From assembly GCA_964390145.1 (NCBI GenBank), contig CAYMHB010000002.1, positions 33,714 through 97,713 of the forward strand: a stretch of DNA of 64,000 bases, in the 5' to 3' direction. The notes beneath the pieces were generated by a model. The model was not told where the DNA came from. It did not search any database and worked only from the letters and a program-made list of their open reading frames with translations. The DNA is from an uncultured Oscillospiraceae bacterium (lineage in GTDB: Bacteria; Bacillota; Clostridia; UMGS1883). Positions 27,396-36,688 of this stretch are shown here, piece by piece (within the stretch, counting starts at the first letter, position 1; the number at the start of each line of letters is the position of its first letter). Made by a program: the position numbers and the translations under genes.

Positions 27396-27998
27396 TTAAA
27401 AAGACATTCCCTGAAATCCCAAAAATGCCATGGCAAGAAGAGACGCGCTGATAAGTGCGATAGGCATACCTTCTAATGCTTTGGGGATTTTTGAGCTTTC
27501 GAGTCTTTCACGAACACCTGCAAAAAGCACAATTGCAAGCATAAAGCCAACACCTGCAGAAAAGCCGTTTATAATTGTTTCTATAAGCGTATAGCTTGCT
27601 GAAGTTGAGATAACAGATGCAGTTCTTACGTTAAGAAGAGCTACACCCAGTACTGCACAGTTTGTAGTAATAAGAGGAAGATAAATTCCGAGCGCACTGT
27701 ATAGTGAAGGAATAGACTTTTGAAGGAACATTTCAACAAACTGTACAAGTGCCGCAATGATTACGATAAATGCTATTGTCTGCATATATTCGATATTAAG
27801 AGGCATAAGGATATATTTCTGACAAAGCCATGTCATAATGGAGGCAAGTGTCATTACGAATGTAACTGCCATGCCCATACCAAGAGCGGTATCAAGTTTC
27901 TTTGATACACCAAGGAAAGGACATATGCCGTAGAATTTTACAAGTACGAAGTTCTGTACGAAAATTGATGTTAATGCGATTCCTATAAGCGCCGACAT
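27396..27998 (-). CDS. rnfA: Rnf complex subunit A
   Basis: 200-aa polytopic RnfA/NqrE-type sequence in operon position. Confidence 0.92.
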   Translation of the reverse strand: MSALIGIALTSIFVQNFVLVKFYGICPFLGVSKKLDTALGMGMAVTFVMTLASIMTWLCQKYILMPLNIEYMQTIAFIVIIAALVQFVEMFLQKSIPSLYSALGIYLPLITTNCAVLGVALLNVRTASVISTSASYTLIETIINGFSAGVGFMLAIVLFAGVRERLESSKIPKALEGMPIALISASLLAMAFLGFQGMSF

Positions 27999-28586
27999 TT
28001 ATCTCTCCCCTTTCTTATTCCTAATGACATTGATCAATCCGAGAAGTATTCCAAGTGTAAGGAAGCCCCCGGGAGGAAGTAACATAATTGTCGCAGGGGA
28101 TGTGATTCCTACGCTGTAGCCAAGAATTGTACCTGCACCAAGGATTTCTCTGATAGAAGAAATGATTGAAAGTGCAATTGTAAATCCAAGACCCATACCT
28201 ATACCGTCTGCTGCTGATTTTAATATGCCGTTTTTAGAAGCAAATGCTTCTGCACGAGCGAGAATGATACAGTTAACAACGATAAGCGGGATGAAAAGAC
28301 CGAGTGATTTTGAAAGAGCAGGTATATATGCCTTCAAAACGAGGTCAACGATTGTTACGAATGCAGCAATGATTACAACATATGCTGCGATTCTGATTTT
28401 CTGGGGGATGATTTTTCTCAAAAGTGAGATGAGCACATTTGAGAGTGTAAGTACGAAGGTAACTGAAAGTCCCATACCGATACCGTTAGAAAGCGCTGTT
28501 GTAACAGCGAGCGTGGGACACATACCCAAAAGCTGCATAAAGGTAGGATTTTCTGTGATTATACCATTTTTTATTGTCTTAATCAT
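27999..28586 (-). CDS. rnfE: Rnf complex subunit E
   Basis: 195-aa RnfE/NqrD-type sequence (GMCPTLAVT). Confidence 0.92.
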   Translation of the reverse strand: MIKTIKNGIITENPTFMQLLGMCPTLAVTTALSNGIGMGLSVTFVLTLSNVLISLLRKIIPQKIRIAAYVVIIAAFVTIVDLVLKAYIPALSKSLGLFIPLIVVNCIILARAEAFASKNGILKSAADGIGMGLGFTIALSIISSIREILGAGTILGYSVGITSPATIMLLPPGGFLTLGILLGLINVIRNKKGER

Positions 28587-29128
28587 TTAGAATTCGCCTC
28601 CCTTACTGCTTCATCAACAAGAGCAACTGACATTTCTATACCTTTTGCAATAGCGCGGCTGCTTACTGTTGCACCTGTTATTGCTGTGAACTGATTCGGG
28701 CTGTCTGTTGCGCTCTTAACTACTTCGAGCATTGAATTTTTTCCGACAAACTGAGATTTGAAGCTATCCTCAACAATTTTCGCGCCGAGGCCTGCCGTTT
28801 CGCTGTGACTTAAAATTTCAATTCCGTAAACACCTGCTTCTATATCAAGGCCAACCATCATAGCGATATCTCCGCCATAGCCTGTAGTTGTTACCTTTAC
28901 ACAGTAGCCGATTACTTCGTCACCCTTTTTAGCTGCTGATACAGATTCATTCAATTCCTGGAAAGAGTCTGCATCGGGAATGATTTTCTGCATAGCTTCC
29001 TCAGTTGCTTTCTCCTCTGCCTCTGCAATACGAGGAGCAGTGATTTTGTTTACACCTGCAAGAAGAAGTGCCGCCACAAGTGTTATCATACAAAGAATAG
29101 ATGAAAGTTTAATAAATTCTTTTTTCAT
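28583..29128 (-). CDS. rnfG: Rnf complex subunit G (FMN-binding)
   Basis: N-terminal anchor, with SGATVSS/AITGATVSS as the covalent FMN site. Confidence 0.88.
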   Translation of the reverse strand: MKKEFIKLSSILCMITLVAALLLAGVNKITAPRIAEAEEKATEEAMQKIIPDADSFQELNESVSAAKKGDEVIGYCVKVTTTGYGGDIAMMVGLDIEAGVYGIEILSHSETAGLGAKIVEDSFKSQFVGKNSMLEVVKSATDSPNQFTAITGATVSSRAIAKGIEMSVALVDEAVREANSK

Positions 29129-29141
29129 TATCTATACCCCC

Positions 29142-30122
29142 TTATTCCTTCACAAAGCCAAACGCCTTGGGTGTTGTCCACTTTTCTATAAGGGGTGTAA
29201 GGATATTCATAAGAAGTATTGCAAAACTCACACCTTCGGGGTAGCCGCCCCAGAATCTAATGATACAGGTAATAACACCGCAGCCTATACCGAATATTAC
29301 CTGACCCCACGTTGTTGTGGGAGTGGTTACATAGTCGGTAGCCATAAATACTGCACCGAGGAGAACACCGCCCGAAAGAACTGCAGCAAGAGGATTCTGG
29401 ATGCTTGCCACAGCGCTATCTCCACACAGGAGCGTCATTACAAACACACTGCCTATGAACGAAAGCGGGATTCTGATAGAAATCACCTTGCGGATGAGAA
29501 GGTATGCAAGGCCGATAAGAATTGCAAGTGCGCAAGTCTCACCAATACATCCGGGAAGAGGGTTTCCATTTTCAAAAACGCCTAAAAACTGCTCTTTTAT
29601 ACTTGGAGCTGCCCCTGCCCATTCCTTGGAAAGAGGTGTTGCACCTGTAACAATATCTGCTTTTTTCATAAAGAAATGAACACTTTTTGATGGATAAGTT
29701 GTAAGTGCTACAGGGAAGGAGGCAAGTACAAACACGCGACCGATAAGGGCGGGGTTCATAAAGTTTTGTCCAATGCCACCAAAAAATTGTTTTGCAACTA
29801 CAATAGCAATAAATGCACCAATAACAATTATGTAATAAGGAACATTGACAGGCAAACAGAAGGCAAATAAAAGACCCGTTACAACGGCGCTTAAATCGCC
29901 TATTGTGCGCTTCTGGTGAGTCAAAGTTGTATAAAGCCATTCAAAGCCCACACATGAGATAACGCTTACAATCATAACTGCAAGTGCGCGTTGGCCAAAA
30001 AGAAGTACTGAAGCCAATGCTACCGGAAAAAGAGCAAAGATAACATCATACATGATATCCTGAATGCTATTTTTCTCTCTGATATGCGGAGTAGATGAAA
30101 CTGAGAGTTTTAAGTTTTCCAT
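29142..30122 (-). CDS. rnfD: Rnf complex subunit D
   Basis: 326-aa RnfD/NqrB-type membrane protein. Confidence 0.92.
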   Translation of the reverse strand: MENLKLSVSSTPHIREKNSIQDIMYDVIFALFPVALASVLLFGQRALAVMIVSVISCVGFEWLYTTLTHQKRTIGDLSAVVTGLLFAFCLPVNVPYYIIVIGAFIAIVVAKQFFGGIGQNFMNPALIGRVFVLASFPVALTTYPSKSVHFFMKKADIVTGATPLSKEWAGAAPSIKEQFLGVFENGNPLPGCIGETCALAILIGLAYLLIRKVISIRIPLSFIGSVFVMTLLCGDSAVASIQNPLAAVLSGGVLLGAVFMATDYVTTPTTTWGQVIFGIGCGVITCIIRFWGGYPEGVSFAILLMNILTPLIEKWTTPKAFGFVKE

Positions 30123-30125
30123 ATC

Positions 30126-31478
30126 TTATGCCTTCCCTTCCTGTTGTTTTTCTTTTTGTGCACGCTCACGCTGAATGCCCATTACTTTTCTTTTTGCTAT
30201 ACGAATTGACTGTACAAGCTGTCTCTTTGACGGGCATCCGTAACTGCAACATCCACATTCAATACATGATGTAACATTATTTTTTTCACATGCTTCCATA
30301 TTATCCGCTCTTGAATAATGCTGAAGATGAAGAGGCATAAGATTCATAGGACAGTTCTTTACGCACTTTCCGCATCTGATACAGTTTTCTTCTTCAGGAA
30401 TATATGCTTCCTTTGGTGTGAATGCAAGAAGTGCTGATGTGCCCTTGATTACGGGAATATCAAGTCTGAACTGGGCAACACCCATCATAGGTCCGCCGAC
30501 GATAACCTTCCCGGGTTCTTCTCGGAATCCGCCGTTTTTCTCGATTATATAATCGATGCCTGTACCTATACGAACATTGTAGTTGACTTCCTTCTCAAAA
30601 GGAGTACCTACAACTGTCACAATTCTGCGCATAAGAGGTATGCCGTATTTAAACTTTCTTGCAATGGCGGTACACGTGTCAACATTCACAACGATAACGC
30701 CAACATCTGCAGGAAGTTTGCCGCCGCCAACTTTTCTTTTTGTAACGGCGTATATAAGGTGCTTTTCGCTACCCTGAGGATACTTTTTCTTAAGCGTATC
30801 AACCGTGATACCTGTGCCCACACACTTTTCCTTCATAAGTGCTATCGCGTCGGGCTTATTATCCTCAATCGCAATATGTCCGTTTGTGATGCCGAATCTC
30901 TTTAGAATAATCTGAAGTCCCTCGACAACCTCATCGGGGGTTTCAAGCATTACGCGGTGGTCACTTGTTATGTAAGGTTCGCACTCTGCCGCATTTATGA
31001 TAATTGTATCAATCTTGCTCTTATCCGGGGGATTGAGCTTTATATGTGTGGGGAATGTTGCACCACCCATACCTACAACACCTGCATCACGAACGATGCC
31101 GGGGATTTCATCGGGGTCGATTGACATATAGTCAATGGGTTTAATCGACTCGTCAAGTGTGTCGGTAAAATCATTTTCAATAATTATGGATTCAACCATT
31201 GTTCCGTTCCAAACGGGACAAGGTTTGATATCAATGACTGTACCTGAAACAGAAGCGTGAACAGGCGCGCTCACAAAAGCGTCGCTATCTGCTATTTTCT
31301 GTCCCATTTTTACATAATCCCCAACCTGCACACAAGGTGTACAAGGTGCGCCTAAATGCTGCTGAACAGGATATGTAAGAATCTTGGGAACTTCCAGAAT
31401 TTCAATCTTTTTTCCCGAGGTTTGCTTTTTGTTGTCATTCGGGTGAACGCCACCCTTGAATGAAAGATGTTTAAGCAT
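30126..31478 (-). CDS. rnfC: Rnf complex subunit C
   Basis: GMGGATFPTH NADH/FMN site and two C-terminal CxxCxxCxxxCP motifs. Confidence 0.92.
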   Translation of the reverse strand: MLKHLSFKGGVHPNDNKKQTSGKKIEILEVPKILTYPVQQHLGAPCTPCVQVGDYVKMGQKIADSDAFVSAPVHASVSGTVIDIKPCPVWNGTMVESIIIENDFTDTLDESIKPIDYMSIDPDEIPGIVRDAGVVGMGGATFPTHIKLNPPDKSKIDTIIINAAECEPYITSDHRVMLETPDEVVEGLQIILKRFGITNGHIAIEDNKPDAIALMKEKCVGTGITVDTLKKKYPQGSEKHLIYAVTKRKVGGGKLPADVGVIVVNVDTCTAIARKFKYGIPLMRRIVTVVGTPFEKEVNYNVRIGTGIDYIIEKNGGFREEPGKVIVGGPMMGVAQFRLDIPVIKGTSALLAFTPKEAYIPEEENCIRCGKCVKNCPMNLMPLHLQHYSRADNMEACEKNNVTSCIECGCCSYGCPSKRQLVQSIRIAKRKVMGIQRERAQKEKQQEGKA

Positions 31479-31520
31479 TTTCCTTCTCCTTTTCGTTAAA
31501 GTTTCTTATTCAAGAAAATT

Positions 31521-32315
31521 TTATTTCAAATACTTGTTCGTGTAATAAGAAAGTTTAAGCTGTTTTTCATTCGCATAAGTCGTTCTGATAGTTCCGACAA
31601 TCGAAGTGTCTTCACCTATACTTTTCAAATCACTTTCGAGTTTTTGCACAACGGCTTCTACTTTTGTGTCACATTCTATTTCAATAGCTCTTACCGTTGG
31701 TGTAAAATGCGATATTGTCTGGGAGCGGGCATTGGCATCCTGCGGATGTGCCTTTATGCTTTCGTAATAATTTGCTCCGTCTTTTATGGTGGCCTCTGCC
31801 CTTGCATTAAACTCGTTTTGCAGCGCATACAGTTCAACCATAGCTCCACTTATCAGCATATCCTTAGTCGGTTTTGGAGTTTCCGTCTCCGCAGGAGGAT
31901 TTTTGTCGGGTGTTTTATCGTCCTCCTTTACCGGTTCTTTTTTATCAGTTTCGTCATTCTTACCAGGGGCTTTCTCGCCACTGTTTTCAGAAATATTTCC
32001 CTCTTTTTCTTCAGATTCTTTTATCTTTTCTTCGAACATTTTCTGATAAATTTCATTTATCGTAACCTTTCCCGATGCCAGTTGGTCTTTCTCTTCCTTG
32101 GTCATTTCGCGAAGAGGTTTATCCATATATTCATTTACATTGTTGACAAGTTTTGTCTGATTTTCTTCCCGAAGTTGTTGTATTTCTTCGGTATCTACAC
32201 GAAGTCCAAGCAATATGCTTTGGATGTTTTTCCATTGCCAGATTGCAAGAGCACTGATTATAACCGCCAATATTATAAATATTATGAGAAAAATCTTCAG
32301 TACTTTTTTTCGCAT
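31521..32315 (-). CDS. Hypothetical membrane-anchored protein with E/K/P-rich linker
   Basis: 264 aa. One N-terminal TM helix, a low-complexity acidic/lysine/proline linker and a C-terminal helical region. No family recognised. Confidence 0.55.
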   Translation of the reverse strand: MRKKVLKIFLIIFIILAVIISALAIWQWKNIQSILLGLRVDTEEIQQLREENQTKLVNNVNEYMDKPLREMTKEEKDQLASGKVTINEIYQKMFEEKIKESEEKEGNISENSGEKAPGKNDETDKKEPVKEDDKTPDKNPPAETETPKPTKDMLISGAMVELYALQNEFNARAEATIKDGANYYESIKAHPQDANARSQTISHFTPTVRAIEIECDTKVEAVVQKLESDLKSIGEDTSIVGTIRTTYANEKQLKLSYYTNKYLK

Positions 32316-32336
32316 ACTACTTTACCCTTCTTTCAT

Positions 32337-33425
32337 TTATTTTTTGATAAGTTCAAGAGCCAGATACGCATTCTTTTTCGCCTTCTCACGAAGAGGTACG
32401 GAATCTTTTTTAAGTTCCTCTTGAAGCTTGGTTTGATTTTCAAGAACGCTCTCAACAATCTTCGTGAATTCATCACCGTTAAAATCCTCAAGGCGGATAT
32501 AGTTATTCTGATTCATATACTCCATAAATCCCTTTATCTTAGGGTCGTATGCTATTCCCGCCATCGGAACATTCATAACGGATGCGAAAATCAGCATATG
32601 AAGTCTCATTCCGCACGCTATGGAACACCTGCCTACGATTGCGAGCATATCACTTACAGAAAGCTCACAATCAATTATTTTGGATTTTTCCTTCATCTTC
32701 GCTGCAATGCGCAGTGATATGTCAAAATCCATTTTCATCTGCATAGGAATAAATACTGGAAGATATCCCATTTTTGCAACGCTGTCAAGTGCGTATGAAA
32801 GCTGCTTTTCAAAATCTGCGCCCATTAAATTACATTCCCTGACAGACACGGCAACAATTTTCTCATCTTCGCTTATTCCATATTCTTCAAGTATCTGTGC
32901 AGCCCTTTGAGGCGAAGAGGGTTCAAGATTGAATGCCGGATCTGCCGTAACCAAAACCTCGGGCTTTGTTACGGCGCATCTTTTTATTTCTTCAAGTGAT
33001 GTATTTTCACGAAGTGTTATAAGATCTACTTCGTTCAAAACCTTTTGCACTTTTTTGATATTTTTGTCTTTTATGGGACCCATTCCGTTAGCGTAAAGCA
33101 TAACTTTCATACCCATTTTTTTTGCAAGAGATATTATTCCGAGATAATAGATAAGACTTTTTGTGCTTGTGGCATCCTGAATAAGAGTTCCGCCACCACT
33201 CAAAAGAAGTTTCGCCCTGCGGAATTCACGAATTATTGAAAATGGGTTCGTCCTGCTTATTGTCTTTATCCCATAAAGCTTTTCTGTCAATTTAGCATTT
33301 CCCGACAACGCTGTTATTGTAACATCAGGATTTATGCTTTTAATATCTGCCACAATACTTTCAAGCAGAGCTTCATCTCCGCTGTTGCCAAGGCCGTAAT
33401 ATCCTGAAATTATGATGTCTGACAT
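32337..33425 (-). CDS. csaB: Polysaccharide pyruvyl transferase CsaB
   Basis: MSDIIISGYYGLGNSGDEALL N-terminus and a length typical of CsaB. Confidence 0.82.
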   Translation of the reverse strand: MSDIIISGYYGLGNSGDEALLESIVADIKSINPDVTITALSGNAKLTEKLYGIKTISRTNPFSIIREFRRAKLLLSGGGTLIQDATSTKSLIYYLGIISLAKKMGMKVMLYANGMGPIKDKNIKKVQKVLNEVDLITLRENTSLEEIKRCAVTKPEVLVTADPAFNLEPSSPQRAAQILEEYGISEDEKIVAVSVRECNLMGADFEKQLSYALDSVAKMGYLPVFIPMQMKMDFDISLRIAAKMKEKSKIIDCELSVSDMLAIVGRCSIACGMRLHMLIFASVMNVPMAGIAYDPKIKGFMEYMNQNNYIRLEDFNGDEFTKIVESVLENQTKLQEELKKDSVPLREKAKKNAYLALELIKK

Positions 33426-33497
33426 TTGTTTACCTGCCCTTCATAGCAGATTTTTAAGTCAAGGGTCTCTTCTTTCCTTTTCAAATCTTGAGAAGTT

Positions 33498-34724
33498 TTA
33501 CGCAAGCTCGATTTTAAGGAATGCTTTCTTACCCTTTTTGATGATGATTTTTCCTTCTTTAAAACTATCCTTGGTAATTGTAAGGTCGATCTCTGTTACC
33601 TTTTCGCCGTCAACGCTTAATCCACCCTGCTGGATAAGTCTGCGGCCTTCACCCTTTGACGGAATGAAGTTCACACTTGCGAGAAGGTCGAGAATCTTTA
33701 TACCGTCGCCGATTTCAGCCTCGTTCACCTGTGCAGAGGGCATATTTGCACTGTCGCCTGCTCCCGAGAAAATTGCAGTTGCAGTTTCCTGAGCCTTCTT
33801 TGCCTCTTCTTCACCATGAACAAGTTTTGTAACCTCGTATGCAAGAACTTCTTTTACGCGGTTGAGCTGACTGCCTTCAAGCTTTTCATACTCGCGAATT
33901 TCGTCCATAGGAACGAATGTAAGGAGCTTCAGGCACTTGCATACATCGGCATCGTCAACGTTTCTCCAGTACTGATAGAATTCGTAGGGAGTTGTCTTTT
34001 CAGCTGAAAGCCACACTGCACCGCTTGCAGTTTTACCCATTTTCTTACCTTCGCTGTTTGTAAGAAGTGTGAATGTCATACCGTAAACCTGCTTCTGGTC
34101 TTTCTTGCGGCAAAGGTCAAGACCGCCTAAGATGTTACTCCACTGGTCGTCGCCGCCAAGTTCAATTTTACAGTCATACTTTCTGCTGAGCATAAGGAAG
34201 TCATAGCTCTGCATAAGCATATAGTTGAATTCAAGGAATGAAAGCCCCTTTTCAAGACGCTGCTTGAAGCACTCTGCAGAGAGCATCTGGTTAACGGAGA
34301 AATGTGCACCGATATCGCGGATGAATTCCACATAGTTAAGGTCAAGAAGCCAATCGGCGTTATTCACCATAATTGCCTTATCATCAGAAAAGTCAATAAC
34401 GCGTGAAAGCTGCTGCTTGAAACATTCGCAGTTGTGATCGATTGTTTCTTTTGTCATCATCTGACGCATATCAGTTCTTCCTGAAGGGTCTCCGATGTGA
34501 CCTGTACCGCCGCCTACAAGTGCGATGGGACGGTGTCCGTGCATCTGCATATGGCGCATAACAACCATCTGCAGGAAATGACCTACATGGAGGCTGTCTG
34601 CAGTCGGGTCAAAGCCTATATAAAAAGTTACTTTTTCCTTTCCGAGAAGTTCACGGATTTCTTTTTCATGTGTAGTTTGAGCAAGAAGTCCTCTTTCTTT
34701 TAAAACGTCAAATACATTACTCAT
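33498..34724 (-). CDS. tyrS: Tyrosine--tRNA ligase
   Basis: HVGH (HIGH) and KMGKT (KMSKS) motifs with a C-terminal S4 domain. Confidence 0.96.
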   Translation of the reverse strand: MSNVFDVLKERGLLAQTTHEKEIRELLGKEKVTFYIGFDPTADSLHVGHFLQMVVMRHMQMHGHRPIALVGGGTGHIGDPSGRTDMRQMMTKETIDHNCECFKQQLSRVIDFSDDKAIMVNNADWLLDLNYVEFIRDIGAHFSVNQMLSAECFKQRLEKGLSFLEFNYMLMQSYDFLMLSRKYDCKIELGGDDQWSNILGGLDLCRKKDQKQVYGMTFTLLTNSEGKKMGKTASGAVWLSAEKTTPYEFYQYWRNVDDADVCKCLKLLTFVPMDEIREYEKLEGSQLNRVKEVLAYEVTKLVHGEEEAKKAQETATAIFSGAGDSANMPSAQVNEAEIGDGIKILDLLASVNFIPSKGEGRRLIQQGGLSVDGEKVTEIDLTITKDSFKEGKIIIKKGKKAFLKIELA

Positions 34725-34858
34725 TATATTATCATTCCTTTCGGTCTTTTACATTAAAACTCATTATATATTATAGCATTTATTTACCTGTATTTGCAAG
34801 TAAAATACGTATTTTTCTCACTAAAAAGCGGCATTTTTTCACAAAAAATGCCGCTTGC

Positions 34859-35749
34859 TTACTGAAAATCAGGAATAAAGCTTTCGGATGCACATTCATC
34901 GTCCTGAATATACGCATCCTCCATACCCATTTCAACACAAAAATTTATTATTTCTTCGTATTCCTTTTCGGTTATTTTTCGATTTAAATTGGGGAACTTT
35001 TCGCTCGTTTTTAAAGGGGTGTACTGTCGCATAATACTGTAAATTATTCTTTCTCCATAGGTCTCAAAAAGATATTTTAAGACAGCTTTTGAATCCTCGG
35101 TATGCGAGGGAAGACACAAGTGTCTTACAACAACACCCCTCTGCAGTATTCCTTCTTCGTCAAAAGCAGGTTCTCCCACTGATTCAACCATTTTTGAAAT
35201 GGCTTTTTTCGCGATTTCCGAATAGTCGGGAGCAGAAGAATATTTTTTCGCCAGTTCACTGTTCATATACTTGAAATCTACAAGATAAATATCAATTACA
35301 TCCTCCAGAATTTCGAGGGTTTTGGGTGAAATATATCCCCCACTGTTCAGTATTACGGGGATAGTGAGACCCATTTTGCGCGCCTTTATCACCGCATCCT
35401 TTATGTGCGGGGCAAAGTGCTCTGCCGTGACAAGATTTATGTTATGAGCACCCTCTCTCTGAAGGTCAATAAAAGTCTCACAAAGCGTTTTTTCGCGGAG
35501 TTCTCTTCCGACATTTCCCCTGCCGAGATTAAAGTTCTGACAGTACACACAACGGAGCGAACAGCCTGAAAAAAACACTGTTCCGGATCCGTTTTCTCCG
35601 GAAATACACGGTTCTTCCCAATGATGAAGTGCGCTTCGGCCTATTTTCACTTGTGCAGTTTGAGTGCACACACCTTTTTCGCCTGCATTTCGGTTAACTT
35701 TGCATTCTCGGGGGCAAAGGGTGCAATTATCGTACTCTTTATATATCAT
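34859..35749 (-). CDS. Radical SAM protein (PflX-like activase family)
   Basis: CSLRCVYCQN radical-SAM cluster plus an N-terminal CPRECKVNR cluster. Confidence 0.85.
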   Translation of the reverse strand: MIYKEYDNCTLCPRECKVNRNAGEKGVCTQTAQVKIGRSALHHWEEPCISGENGSGTVFFSGCSLRCVYCQNFNLGRGNVGRELREKTLCETFIDLQREGAHNINLVTAEHFAPHIKDAVIKARKMGLTIPVILNSGGYISPKTLEILEDVIDIYLVDFKYMNSELAKKYSSAPDYSEIAKKAISKMVESVGEPAFDEEGILQRGVVVRHLCLPSHTEDSKAVLKYLFETYGERIIYSIMRQYTPLKTSEKFPNLNRKITEKEYEEIINFCVEMGMEDAYIQDDECASESFIPDFQ

Positions 35750-35773
35750 AAAATCACCTGTTACAAGTTAACG

Positions 35774-35824
35774 AACAAAGTGACTCCGTCACTGCACCCG
35801 CGGTGCGGAGATAATCACTTTGTT
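35774..35824. repeat. Intergenic inverted-repeat hairpin element (arms AACAAAGTGA/TCACTTTGTT, left arm within ACGAACAAAGT)
   Basis: 10-bp perfect arms enclose a nested CTCCG..CGGAG hairpin. Confidence 0.7.
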
Positions 35825-35918
35825 GTGCCATGTGCGTTTTCCGAGCGTAGCGAGGAAATTCTCGCGCGGCATAAAATCAAAGATTTATTACTGTATAGGA
35901 ACGCAGATTTCTATACAG

Positions 35919-35944
35919 TAATAAAACTCCGCCTGAGCGGAGTT
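35919..35944 (-). terminator. Rho-independent terminator after the CpsB-like phosphatase gene
   Basis: AACTCCGC/GCGGAGTT stem with TTTTATT on the minus strand. Confidence 0.65.
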
Positions 35945-35950
35945 TTACCA

Positions 35951-36670
35951 TCATATTATTGAAACTTTTTCTGCACCATTTAAGATTCTTCTCTGCTTTT
36001 TCTGAAACCATTCATAGCGATGTGAGGAAAGTTTTTTCTTGAGATACGCATCTGCAGTATTATATTTAGGCGCCCTCTCTCCGATATTGTGACAGTCAGT
36101 ACCAATGGCTGAAACATAGCCTTTTTTAATGAATTTAACAGCCTTCCTCCTTGTAGCAAAGCGGTTAAGGAAGCCACAATTCATCTGAAGCAATGCGCCT
36201 ATAGAGAGAAGTTTGTCAATCTTTTTTCTGTTTCCTTTGTAACCAAGGTATCTTTCAAAATGTGCAATAATCGGGATATATCCCTTCGTTACAACTTTTT
36301 CAATATCGTATATTATAGAATCTGTCCATGAGTCAAAGGGCATTTCAACAAGTATATACTTTGTTCCCTCTATACAATACCTCTCAATGTCCTCAAGTCT
36401 CCAAAGTTCCTCGAAATAAAGAACTTCACATCCCAGATAAAGATCCATGTCGATATTCTCATTGCGAAGTTTTTCAACAAGCCTTTTAAGCGACTCCTGA
36501 CGCATCCTCAAAAAAGATTCCGCGGAAGATGAGTACGCGTAGAAATGAGGTGTTAAGACCACTTTTCTGACTCCCTGTTCTTGAAGCATTTCGAGAAGTT
36601 TTACAGATTCTGTTATACCACTGCTCCCGTCATCTATTTCGGGTAATATATGAGTATGAAAATCTATCAT
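35951..36670 (-). CDS. PHP-family protein-tyrosine phosphatase (CpsB/YwqE-like)
   Basis: MIDFHTHILPEIDDGS N-terminus. Confidence 0.88.
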   Translation of the reverse strand: MIDFHTHILPEIDDGSSGITESVKLLEMLQEQGVRKVVLTPHFYAYSSSAESFLRMRQESLKRLVEKLRNENIDMDLYLGCEVLYFEELWRLEDIERYCIEGTKYILVEMPFDSWTDSIIYDIEKVVTKGYIPIIAHFERYLGYKGNRKKIDKLLSIGALLQMNCGFLNRFATRRKAVKFIKKGYVSAIGTDCHNIGERAPKYNTADAYLKKKLSSHRYEWFQKKQRRILNGAEKVSII

Positions 36671-36688
36671 ACAAAAACCTTCTATCTA

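Noticed and set aside
34725-34858. T-box leader upstream of tyrS (and likewise upstream of alaS at 18556-18714).
   Set aside because: The leaders are only ~60-130 nt after the promoter. They lack the T-box sequence, specifier-loop architecture and terminator/antiterminator pair. Plain sigma-A promoters lie close to the start codons.
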